Shown: one piece after another, positions 36,201 through 48,193 of the stretch
Layout: each line of letters starts with the position of its first letter
Numbering within the stretch: position 1 is the stretch's first letter
NCBI RefSeq assembly: GCF_964188315.1
Contig: NC_135660.1
Location: forward strand, 52,328,001-52,392,000
DNA from: Podarcis muralis
Lineage: Eukaryota
Direction of reading: 5' to 3'
Length of the DNA stretch: 64,000 nucleotides
Translations under genes and position numbers: made by a program
The notes under the pieces: generated by a model
Told to the model about the DNA's origin: nothing
Database searches by the model: none
The model's input: only the letters and a program-made list of their open reading frames with translations

Positions 36201-38530
36201 AACTTGACAAAGTCAGGTAATTTGGTCAGATATATTCTGGATTTCTTTAAAACTTCACACTAAACAATTTCTCTCTTGACAACGGGTTGACTGGAACAGT
36301 GCTTGGTGACTTCACAGTTAGATAGAAATAAATGTTATTTGGAATTTACATATGCACTTATTTGCACAAAAGGCGACAAATTATATAATCCTGATGTTAA
36401 AATGTATATTTAAGATAAATTAACTAAATAACCACTCATCACTAGATGCTCTTGACAGTAGGTGGCAAGGAATGAATCCAAAGTTCCTTTCACTCAAAAA
36501 TCTGGGGGGGAAATATTAATTTTCTTCATTTTAGATAGTGTTTTGGAAATAAGTTGAAATAATCAAGGACAGAGTTCTTGTTTAAACATAGTTTGAAGAA
36601 CTTATTGTATTAGTAGATTACAGTCATTGTGTTAGTATAGTATCTACCCTGTATTCATTTTTGTGAACATAATGGGAAATTGTCTAGCGTGATGGTGTGC
36701 GTGTTAAAAAAAAACCCCTGCTGAAAACGAATACTAATGATTTTAGAAAGAGATGCAAAGACAATAAAATGACCTTTAAAATGTTACTGCCCTTTTACTA
36801 TGTCACTTACTTTTTAGACATTTGTATTAATCCTTTGAAACAATAACTTTCAAATCAACATTTAATAGATAGATAAAGAGACTTTATGCTTTTAGGGAAA
36901 GTGAAGTTTCTGCAATGTAATGGGATTCTAAAATCATTTAGGTCATAGGGAGTACTGTTAAGTGCAAAAATTGCACAACACAAAACACAGTATATTTATA
37001 GCCATATGCCAAGACTGGTTACGCTGGTAATAAGATCCATTCCTTGGTTTGTCAGTGCTATTCCACAAATTGCGGTGCAGACCTTGAGGAAGATCAGACG
37101 ATGACCAAGTAAGTAGCCACCATTTTCATCACTGTACTGTCAGGGATCTTCATATTTCATTCCCTATGTTGCTAGCAATGAAAGCTTTTCCATTCATTTA
37201 GCAACTTTTCTCTCCCTCTGCCAAAAAAAACCTCATATTGGCAGCAGGAACAGATCACAGCCAAAATGCCAGCACAGTAGTGGGATATCAGCAAAGGCTT
37301 GCAACTAGTACAGATGAAGCAGCCCAGATGTTTTGGGGGACCACAGGATTTAAGCATATAATGTGGAGGCTGTCTATTAGTGTAAATGGGGTAGTGCCCC
37401 ACCAGCCTCAGCCTCATACCTCATACCATGTGATGAAATCGGAGTGGGTATTTCAGCAAACAATTCTTTCATGCTGTTTTCATGGGTGAATTATGGACGA
37501 ACAAGAGGGGGTTAAATTTTTGCTTTGCTTTTCCTACCAAAAAGGCATTGGTAGAGCCCTTCTTACTATGGCATTTAAATACCCAGAACTCTTTTTCAAT
37601 TTCTGCATTATACCTATATAACAGTCATTGAACCCTTCCCACTTTGTTTAGCTCTCTTTGTCTTGATTTGGAATAGGATTAGCTAATGCAAGTTACCCCA
37701 CCCCAACCCCAAACTAGAAAACAACTTTTTTCCTGAGCTCAATCTGAAATTTATCATGCTCTCAATCATATTCACATAATAGACTGTGCACTTTTAGGGT
37801 AATAAAGTGCATTTCTCATTTTGAAATCTGCTATTTCCATTCAGTTTCACCTTCACTAAAGCCCCCTAACCAATGTTCCTGGGGTCTAAGGCTATCTAAG
37901 AAAATAACTTGTCAAATCAAATCCAAACACTTCACAATACAACCCTGACCAGCCAGGGTGTGGATCAGGTATTAAAGAAGGGACTGAGTTCTTTGATTTG
38001 ATCTGGCAACCTCAGCTCTTGGGTCTTTAAAAAAAAATGCAACATGGCTGTGCCATTGATAAAGTAAACTTTGCAAAACAGTTAAGATAAAAGTGGTCCA
38101 TCTGAACAGTTAGGTAGGTGAGCTGATGTCTTTCAAACAGACCTCAAAGGAGAAGCCAACATTGGAATCTGCAGAATAGGACGAAAAAAGCCGGCTGTTA
38201 AACACTGATTCCGACTATTCTGCTTCCAAGCGTGTCAGTGGGCAGCATCTTCAGGTTGTTGCTTCTGCCATGCTTTTAGGATGTTATCCTCATTAATGCA
38301 AAAACGGCTGTCCTTTCATCGCAGGTCAAGTAGTGAAGGCAGGGGGAGGGGAATCCAAGGTCAAGGGGAGGAGTCGAAATCTCCATTTGGGTTTCCACAA
38401 GTTGGCAAGTGTGTCTCCCGAGCTCAGAGCAACGTTTTCCCATGCTATGAAGCCAGAGGTCACGTGATTTTGGAATGTGTATCCAAAGATAATGCTACCT
38501 TCAGAAGACTCTACTTACAGGTAAGTAACT

Positions 38531-39544
38531 NNNNNNNNNNNNNNNNNNNNNNNNNNNNNNNNNNNNNNNNNNNNNNNNNNNNNNNNNNNNNNNNNNNNNN
38601 NNNNNNNNNNNNNNNNNNNNNNNNNNNNNNNNNNNNNNNNNNNNNNNNNNNNNNNNNNNNNNNNNNNNNNNNNNNNNNNNNNNNNNNNNNNNNNNNNNNN
38701 NNNNNNNNNNNNNNNNNNNNNNNNNNNNNNNNNNNNNNNNNNNNNNNNNNNNNNNNNNNNNNNNNNNNNNNNNNNNNNNNNNNNNNNNNNNNNNNNNNNN
38801 NNNNNNNNNNNNNNNNNNNNNNNNNNNNNNNNNNNNNNNNNNNNNNNNNNNNNNNNNNNNNNNNNNNNNNNNNNNNNNNNNNNNNNNNNNNNNNNNNNNN
38901 NNNNNNNNNNNNNNNNNNNNNNNNNNNNNNNNNNNNNNNNNNNNNNNNNNNNNNNNNNNNNNNNNNNNNNNNNNNNNNNNNNNNNNNNNNNNNNNNNNNN
39001 NNNNNNNNNNNNNNNNNNNNNNNNNNNNNNNGAAATAAATCCTTCCTCTATAGCCTTCGTAAATTTGTTTTTATCATCTCAAAGTGGTGTTNNNNNNNNN
39101 NNNNNNNNNNNNNNNNNNNNNNNNNNNNNNNNNNNNNNNNNNNNNNNNNNNNNNNNNNNNNNNNNNNNNNNNNNNNNNNNNNNNNNNNNNNNNNNNNNNN
39201 NNNNNNNNNNNNNNNNNNNNNNNNNNNNNNNNNNNNNNNNNNNNNNNNNNNNNNNNNNNNNNNNNNNNNNNNNNNNNNNNNNNNNNNNNNNNNNNNNNNN
39301 NNNNNNNNNNNNNNNNNNNNNNNNNNNNNNNNNNNNNNNNNNNNNNNNNNNNNNNNNNNNNNNNNNNNNNNNNNNNNNNNNNNNNNNNNNNNNNNNNNNN
39401 NNNNNNNNGCTTNNNNNNNNNNNNNNNNNNNNNNNNNNNNNNNNNNNNNNNNNNNNNNNNNNNNNNNNNNNNNNNNNNNNNNNNNNNNNNNNNNNNNNNN
39501 NNNNNNNNNNNNNNNNNNNNNNNNNNNNNNNNNNNNNNNNNNNN
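38531..39544. other. Three assembly gaps (38531-39031, 39092-39408, 39413-39544)
   Basis: N-runs of 501, 317 and 132 nt, separated by 60-nt and 4-nt islands. Confidence 0.99.
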
Positions 39545-40359
39545 GTAAAAAGAGATTTTCTTGGAGTTTGCTAGATGTTAGAACAAAATGGGTTAGACGA
39601 CTGTTTAAAGCTGAGCTCATTTTTATGAGTATATAACAATTATATTAGATCTCCCCCCACTGCAACATATTTCCCCTAAAAGAAAACTCAGACAAACAGA
39701 GGTATTTGCATTATTTTAAATTCCTTTCATCTAGAAAAAAAATCTGTAGCTTATCCCAACAGGAACAGCACCATGTAGAGGTGAATGTGAGGCTGAGCAT
39801 ACACCTTTCCTTCACAAAAGTACCGTACATTGGCCATGGCTGAGGATGGGCAAATATGCAAATTTCAGTTTTTCAGTGTTTCTACTTTTTTTCAATCTTA
39901 GGTTCAGTTCTCCACATTTCCACATCAGTTTGCAAATATGTATTTCTGAAGTCTTCATGAAAGCACACAGGTATCTCAGTGTGAATTTCTCCTTAAATGC
40001 ACATTTGTATGCAATTTTGCCTAACATACACATTTCTAGAAAGCAATTGGTCCTTAATGTAATGCATTTTTGTATGTTGATGTCACTAATATGTGACTTT
40101 CTCTGCACAAATTTCACTGGTACATGCATTTTTGTACACACATTACTTGGCTGGAGCACAGCACTGCAAAATTTGGAGAAGTGCGAATTTTAAAAGATGG
40201 TTGTGTTTCAAGTCTTGCATGGTTTCTGAAAGTGCAAATTAGGTAAGTTTGAATGAAAAACAAATCTCATATCCCAACCTTCTCTTTAGATACCTAACTC
40301 TAAATTGTTTAAGGAGCTTGGCAATACTAAATGTAAGTAAACACACACACACACATATG

Positions 40360-40391
<32 letters not shown>

Positions 40392-41150
40392 CATTTGCAG
40401 TGATAGTTGGTTAACGTATTTAAACTCTGATTTTTGTCACCATATTCAACTATGGTGTCCCCCATTCAGTTTCATAGGCTAACTCTCTCCTCTGAAGTGA
40501 ATGGGGAAGGCCTTGTGAGTGAGTTATTTCCATGGACTCTGTCAGCACTAGATTGCTCACTAATGACCCACCATAGAGTTAACATTTATTTTGACTTGAT
40601 GGATTAATTTTCTAGCTGCATGAATAAATTGTCCAATATGAGGACAATGTTGTCATGTTCAGAAACAAAACTATCAGTTCTCAAATCCTCACACAATATT
40701 ATCTACACTTTTTTTCTTTTCTTTTTTGTTATTTTTCTGTACCATATGCTGGCAAGAAACCTTGGATATGAATCTATTTATTGTATTTATTTGATTTCTT
40801 AACCTTCACTGTTACCTTTCACTGTTACGGTCTTGGGTCAGGTTGCAACAATATAAAAATGCAATACTAAAATCAGTTAAAATAATTTAAAATCAGAAGA
40901 AGAAGCTGTCAAAGGTCATACTGAAAAGGTTTGCCTTCAGCACAAGACAAAAACTATACAGTGAAGATGCCAGATGTGGGGAAGGAATTCCATGGTTTAT
41001 GGACTGCCACAGAAAATGCTCTCTCCTGAGTCATCCCTCCCCAAACATCTGAGGGTGGTTGAACTAGCAAGAAGGTCCCCTCTGCTGATCTTAACACCCA
41101 AAAGAGTCAGTAGGAGTGGAGGCGGTCTTTCATATTTTTGGTGCCTAATA

Positions 41151-41408
41151 CAGTGGTACCTTGGGTTAAGTACTTAATTCGTTCCAGAGGTCCGTACTTA
41201 ACCTGAAACTGTTCTTAATCTGAAGCACCACTTTAGCTAATGGGGCCTCCCGCTGCTGCCGCGCTGCCGGAGCACAATTTCTGTTCTCATCCTGAAGCAA
41301 AGTTCTTAACCTGAAGCTCTATTTCTGGGTTAGTGGAGTCTGTAACCTGAAGCGTATGTAACCTGAAGCGTATGTAACCTGAAGCGTATGTAACCCGAGG
41401 TACCACTG
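41151..41408. mobile_element. Tc1/mariner-type MITE with 16-bp internal tandem repeat
   Basis: TA|CAGTGGTACC ... GGTACCACTG|TA; GTAACCTGAAGCGTAT x3 near the right end. Confidence 0.9.
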
Positions 41409-41899
41409 TACTTCAAACACTGCTTTGAACTAATATAGCCCTCATTTATCCATTACCTATCTGTACTTCCATGACAAAGATCATGGTGGCAAACCCTGAG
41501 TTTCTAGATACTCATCTAGGCTTTAACCAGACAAAAAACTTGCTAAGTTTCAGCAAGATCGCTGCATCATGTATTATTATTATTATTATTAATTGAATTT
41601 ATATACCACCCTATACCTGGAGGTACCTTCAGACCATGTCTTGGGCCCACTAAAACATCCTTGTTGATCCAAACCTCTCTGCTTAGAAATTTATTCATTT
41701 CATTTCTATACTGCCCTGCATCCAAGGACCACAGGGCAGTCCAAATGTACAAACACAAAAATACATAACATAGTAACATACACAAACAATAACTCCCCAT
41801 ATGCAGTGTGAGGGACCCTAGCTTTCTCCTTGATTGGCTAGTTTATGTTGCACATAGATTGTTGTTTTTAATGAGGAACATTCAGGCATGGAAGGTCCC

Positions 41900-42165
41900 A
41901 ACCACATTCTGGCAGGGTACAGTGCTGGAATGCTGTTAAGAAGAACCCTGCCAGATCTAATTTTCACAGCGCAAACCAGATAGCCTTGGAAAGTTCAAAA
42001 GCAGCACATGAGGGTAGTAGTCCACTCTTGCTTCTGTGGACTAGCATTTGATATCCATAGGCATGCTTCCTCTGATCCTAGACGTAGTGTATCATCACCC
42101 TGACAAGCAGCCATCAAAAGCTTTCTCCTCCATAAATTCATTGATTCCTCTTTTGAAGCTCCTAA
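41900..42165 (-). mobile_element. CR1-like LINE 3' remnant
   Basis: - strand GCTTCAAAAGAGGAAT...TTTATGGAGGAGAAAGC...GATCAGAGGAAGCATGCC...ATCTGGTT, resembling squamate CR1 3' ends as recalled. Confidence 0.5.
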
Positions 42166-42409
42166 GGGTTTGTCCACACTGGGCTATACTGTTTGAGTTT
42201 GAGGATGTTTGAGTTTAAGATCTCTAGGCACCGTTCACATGATGTTACCCTCAAGCAGAACCCACCCTTCATTTTTGTAGCATGGATTAAGATTTCTTCG
42301 ATCTTGGGAAAATCTGAGAAGCAAAGCAAAATGCAAAGCCAATCAGCTTATGCCTGGTCGTTGGGCTTGCTGCTACTGTTTGCATCCTCTTCAGTTAAGG
42401 TGGCGCCAG

Positions 42410-42556
42410 AAGGATCTGTGTGATCTCCTTCCTTGGAAGTTTTCAAGCAGAGGTTGGATGGCCATCTGTCATAGATGCTTTAGCTGAGATTCGTAAATTG
42501 CAGGACTAGATGACTTTTGGGTCCTTTCCAACTCTATGTTTCTATGATTCTATGAT
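42410..42556 (+). mobile_element. CR1 LINE 3' terminus
   Basis: TCTCCTTCCTTGGAAGTTTTCAAGCAGAGGTTGGATGGCCATCTGTC...GGTCCTTTCCAACTCT + (ATTCTATG)-type tail; homologous to 60100-60262. Confidence 0.8.
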
Positions 42557-42562
42557 CTGTGG

Positions 42563-42566
<4 letters not shown>

Positions 42567-42594
<28 letters not shown>
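42567..42594. repeat. (GT)n microsatellite
   Basis: Direct inspection. Confidence 0.97.
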
Positions 42595-42598
<4 letters not shown>

Positions 42599-44371
42599 AG
42601 AGTGGAAGGAAAAGGAGAACCTTCTTCTGTTTTCTCACTTGCAGTCACTCACTGAAGAATGGAGAAGGAACACACCTAAGAATATTATGGGTGTGGGGAC
42701 ATGGCTTTGTTTTTGATGGAGGATGGATTTTGGGGGCCACCTTAAACTTTACCAGCATGTTGGACCTCCAAATGCCTACATGAAAGTGTTGGGCAACATT
42801 TGCTTGACTAGACTGGATAATCTCCCCTCAAACAAATTGGGATGAATGCTCAGTAAACAGTTCATCAAGAAGTGAGGTGGGAATGTAGTGGGATTGACTT
42901 AACTTGAGTAGCTGAACTTTAAAATGTCTGCCTCGATAATTCCTTATAGTAGCATGAGGAGAGCATATGTGGCGTTCAGTTGCAGATTGGACTGAATGCA
43001 GTCATAAAAGAAACATGTTTTTAACATGCAAGACTATTTAAAATCACTCCAGTTCTTCAGCAAGGGGGAAAGCTCCTTTTCTTTTCATAAGAATACATTT
43101 GGATTATTTCACTCCTCCCCTTTGAATATGTGCATTCCAAGGCAGATAGTGATTATCAAGAATTGGTGAACATAATTAAACCTTGGTCTATATCATCTAA
43201 AGGAAAAAGAAGGAATGTAACTCCTTGATCCTTTGAAAGAAACTATGCATTAATAATTACTTAGTAAAAGAGAAAGTATTGCACATTTCTTATGATGCTG
43301 TACAAATGCTTTCTAAGTGTCAGAGGAGCTCATTATGAATGAGACTTTCCAGGTAATCACACACTTGGCCATAAATGTTCAAAGGCCAACACCGTGAACT
43401 CTTCCTGGTATTTTTATAGTGTATTGGAAGATAGCTGTATGCTTTGCGGATTGATTAATTGAGCTTTAAATGTTAAACACAAATGGGAAAGGAACAAAAA
43501 CATAGGCTGTTGCAGAACATGAGATTGTTGGGTGTCATCCTGTTATGCTTTTGCATTCATGAAAGTGCTTTTGATTCAGCAGAGGCATCTGCTAAAGGAA
43601 GAGGATGGGAGGCATTTTTTTGCCACTATCCCCTGCCCACGGCATCACCCAGCATCTTCTGCAAAAACAGCTTGAGAGAGCTGAGGGACTGCCCAGAACA
43701 GGCCCAAAGAGTACCACTTTCCTCATCAGTGGGTAGCTTGGCAGGACGGAGCCAGCCGGCCACCACAGTAGCCACAACAGCAAGGATTTCCAGGCAGAGG
43801 GAGACCTTGTAGCTCTCTCCTTCTGGCTGAATAATTTGAATTAGTCTGCCTGCAAGATTAGCCAATGGAAGTGGGCTCAGAGGCAAGGCTGTTAGATAAG
43901 GCTGCAATTCTTTATACCCTTACTTGGAAGTAAGTCCTCTTGAACTTGGTGGGGTTTCTTTCTAAGTAGGCATGCATTGGACTGCACCACTAATGTTTCA
44001 GCCCTAATAACAACACCCAGTGGTGTAAAAAAGAGAGAGAGAGAGAGAGGACATTTTGCATGTAATAATCTTCCTGTCACTTGAACATATAGAGAAGATT
44101 TAGGAGCAAAACCATATTGTAGGGACACAGATGGGAAACATTTCAAAAGGAGTTTTCTAAACAATTCTGCTGCACTCTTTTTCTTCTTCTTCTTCTCAGG
44201 CTGCACTAAAAGGAAAAGTGCCCCATCAGAAGCTGCCTCCGCAGCTCTTTCAGCAGCTCCTGATGACACTAATCTCACATCCCACTTCTAAGTTGGCTGC
44301 TTCTCAGGGAAATGCTGCCACTTCAACATCTTTCACTGCTGATCCTGCTTTACATTTTTGGAACAATCCAG

Positions 44372-44376
44372 TCTCT

Positions 44377-44425
<49 letters not shown>

Positions 44426-44460
44426 CCTCCCTCCCTCCCTCCCTCCCTCCCTCTCTCTTT
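44372..44460. repeat. Compound (CT)n/(CCCT)n polypyrimidine tract
   Basis: ~89-bp pure pyrimidine run. Confidence 0.97.
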
Positions 44461-47416
44461 CTCCCATAACCCACCAAAATGAATAGTTTCTTCTATCACA
44501 GGAAAATTAAAAAATACAGTAGGCAGTGAAATAATGGCCCTGCAAGTTCTAGCCACCACATTGTCATAATAAACCCTGTGCCTTGTTAATGTCAGGTTTG
44601 AATCTTGCCCTTGTGGTGGAAACATGGGTATAATAAAGACAGAGGAGGAGGAGGAAGGTTGACATTTTCACTTCCAGGAAATCAGGAAGCTTCATGGAAC
44701 AGAGATACCTGCTTTGTTAAGATTCATCTATGAATGGACACCATGGTGCATCTGCACCAACAAAACTGGGCGCGTTCATCGGCCTCAGCTGCAACAAACC
44801 ACGTCTCTCCCATATTAGTCTTTGCAGCCACAGCAGGTATTGAAACTGTCCGACAGTTTGACTTTAACCCCGACGGCACACTCTTTCATTGTCTCTTGAG
44901 ACAGATGGATGCCAACAATAAATAACATTTATATCCCACCATTTTCTCAGAGGAGGAGTTCAAAGCAGTGTATATCAGAATAAAGACCCATCTACCATCT
45001 GTTGCAGCAAGCTGTTCCCACAGTGGCCAACCAGATGCCTATGGAAAAACCCATAATCAGGACATGAACACAACAGCACTCTTCCCACAGGTGATTGCCA
45101 GCCTCTGAGGCACCACTGCCTCCAATGCTGACAATGTAGCCATCATGACTTCTAGGCATTTGTAACCTTCTCCACCACAAACCTGCCCACACACATTTTA
45201 AAGCTCTGTGCTTCGCCTCTGTGCTTTTTGGACATGGATATTTGTATATTGGGGGCGCGCCAAAAGGACTTGGTCCCCAGGAGCTGACACTCCTGCCATA
45301 GATTTATACAAAGGCATTCTGATATGGGTAGTTTCATTTTCAGTCTGTCTCCTAATATGGAATTCATTTTCACAGCTGCCACACAGTGGGCCAATATTTT
45401 CCTCAAGCTGTCTACCACAATCCTAAGATCTCTGTCCTGATCAATCACCACCAGCTCAGACTGCATTAACATATATGGTTGTTGTTGGTGGTTTGCCCCA
45501 ATATGCATCATTTTCATGTGCATCGATCTCTGCCCCCTCCTATTTCATCACCACAACATCTGTGTCAGGTAGGTTTGGCTGAGATAGATAGGTTACCTCA
45601 TATGTTTAATGGCTTAGTAGGAATTGGGTCCCTTCTATCTCAATAATTCAGTGGGACAACACTTCTTGATGACTCTCTAGTCCACATTATACTATTTCTC
45701 TGGACTTGAACAATGGTCTTTGCCTTAATTACACAAACTCAAAAATGATGCATTTCTCACCTATATCCCTAAAAACCGCTCCTAATGTCATCTGAGAAAT
45801 TCAGCACTTATTCTTTGGCTACTCCCCCACTCCCACCCCCCGGACATAATTTCACCGATAGATGTTGGCTATGATCTTGTTGACTATCCAGATGTAATGC
45901 TATTTCTTGAGAGCTATGAATTTCTTCCTGAACTGGCTAAGGTTTTCTTTTCTACAGATGGCTGAAGCAATCAGCCATAGCACACTTGCAGCTGGGAGTA
46001 TTGGCAGTTAAACCGTTTTACTTTACCAATAGTAGCAGCCAAATTTGGGTAGCCATGATGACCCACAATTACTGAAGTGAACAAAAGCGTGAGTGGGAGA
46101 TAAGGAAGAAGAAAAGAAGGATAGTGTACTTTTTTTGGGGGGGGGGGGAAAGAATTGCCATTCAGAAGGCAATGGCTCTTGTTCTCATGCCCCTTCCTGT
46201 TGAACCCTTGAATGCAGCAGTGTAGCTGACCAGCTTCTTCTAACTCCACAATAAAAACTGGTATCATATTTAGTGTTCTTAATCATAGAAGATAGTCATG
46301 GTTGCAATAATTATAAAAACTCTGTGTGACTAGTGGTGAACCTTCGAAATCCTCTTACGCTTGCATTGGAAAATTCTGTAATAGCTACAGTATATGGGAA
46401 TCAAAAGGAAATCTGTAGATTTCAGAGACATTATGTATGAACACCTCCCTGGTGTTCATACATAAAACAGTAGTACTGAACACAGAAAGCATAATGATAC
46501 TACTTTAGAATACACATCTAAAATGTGCATTACAGTTTTGTAGACTTTACCACACATTTTGCAACTGTTCCAAACCCAGACTGGGTATGTAGCAGTATCA
46601 TTCAGTGTAGCTTGATACAATTTATGTTTTCAAGGCTCAAGGAGATATAACCGAAAGTCAGGCCAAGAAACAGTCACTACAAGTCCAAGTCATCATGGCT
46701 CAGCAAGATTTCAACCTGGGCACACTAATACTATTATAATCTTTCTCACGTTTATCTTTCTGTTCCTAGATTTGGGTTGAGAGATGGCTACTGTAACCTT
46801 AAGGAGGTTCAAGCTGTTTTTTTCTTAATGTACAGAGTTGCATGGCACAAAGTTTGAGAGTCTTTCTGGCATCATTTAACATCATGCACATTAGCTAAAT
46901 TCACTTTTTAAAACTATGAATGAGATCATCATTGGGAACAGATCCATATGCGGTTTCCTCTATGACTTTTTAAAAAAATTGTCCTGGTTGCTTCTCTGAG
47001 GATGATGTGCCCACACACTACTACTTGATACAGATTATGCTTTCAAGGAGCGTAATCCAACCTCAAAAGAGGTAAGCTTCTTTCTTTTCTTTTTCTTTTT
47101 TGAAAAGAATAAACCGAGGGTCCCTGAGAATGAAAAGCCATGCCTGTCACATTTCACATCTTAGGAAAATTCCATCTTAAGGATGTGGAATCACTGGGGG
47201 GGGGGGTGTTTTTGTTTTAAACTCTTCATTGCAGCCGTCTGAGTCTCAACAGCAGCCATGGGAGAAAGTATTCATCTTCCCCAAATGTGGACTCTTTAAA
47301 GGTTCTGTTCAGAGGAGAGAAGGGAATAACAATAATTAATAATACAGCTGCACTGCAGTAATACGGGGGGTGGGGGTGGGCTCAAAGCAGTCACCTCCAA
47401 TGCTGAACTTTTAACA

Positions 47417-47808
47417 TTGTTGTTGTCATTTAGTTGTGTCCCACTCTTCGTGACCCCATGGACCAGAGCATGCCAGGCACTTCTGTCTTCCACTGCCTCC
47501 CGCAGTTTGGTCAAACTCATGCTGGTAGCTTTGAGAACACTGTCCAACCATCTCGTCCTCTGTCATCCCCTACTTCTTGTGCCCTCCATCTTTCCCAACA
47601 TCAGGGTCTTTTCCAGGGAGTCTTCTCTTCTCATGAGGTGGCCAAAGTATTGGAGCCTCAGCTTCAGGATCTGTCCTTCCAGTGAGCACTCAGCGCTGAT
47701 TTCCTTCAGAATGGATAGGTCTGATCTTCTTGCAGTCCATGGGACTTTCAAGAGTCTCCTCCAGCACCATAATTCAAAAGCACCAATTCTTCGGCGATCA
47801 GCCTTCAT
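47417..47808 (-). mobile_element. Bov-B (RTE clade) LINE, 5'-truncated 3' end with (CAA)n tail
   Basis: One frame reads KADRRRIGAFELWCWRRLLKVPWTARRS.LSILKEI...LKLRLQYFGHLMRREDSLEKTLMLGKMEG.R.RG*QRTRWLDSV...LREAVEDRSAWHALVHGVTKS, the classic Bov-B C-terminus. One stop, no frameshift. Confidence 0.95.
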
Positions 47809-47850
47809 TAGATCTGCAGCAATTAATTAGGTGGTAATAATGTTTAACTA

Positions 47851-48193
47851 GGGGACGCGGGTGGCACTGTGGGTAAAACCTCAGTGCCTAGGACTTGCCG
47901 ATCGTATGGTTGACGGTGAGCTCCCGTCGTTCGGTCCCAGCTCCTGCCCACCTAGCAGTTCGAAAGCACCCCTAAGTGCAAGTAGATAAATAGGTACCGC
48001 TTTATAGCAGGAAGGTAAACGGCATTTCCGTGCGCTGCGCTGATGCTGGCTCTCCAGAGCAGCTTCGTCACACTGGCCACGTGACCCGGAAGTGTCTTCG
48101 GACAGCGCTGGCTCCCGGCCTCTTAAGCGAGATGAGCACGCAACCCCAGAGTCGGTCACGACTGGCCCGTATGGGCAGGGGTACCTTTACCTT
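47851..48193 (+). mobile_element. Sauria SINE with B-box deletion
   Basis: Same head and (ACCTTT)n tail as 21720-22079; 12-bp TSD TAATGTTTAACT (47838-47849, 48194-48205); lacks the GTTCGAATCCCCGC segment. Confidence 0.92.

Noticed and set aside
47296-47830. Several overlapping 81-137 aa ORFs
   Set aside because: Explained by the Bov-B fragment and its antisense frames.
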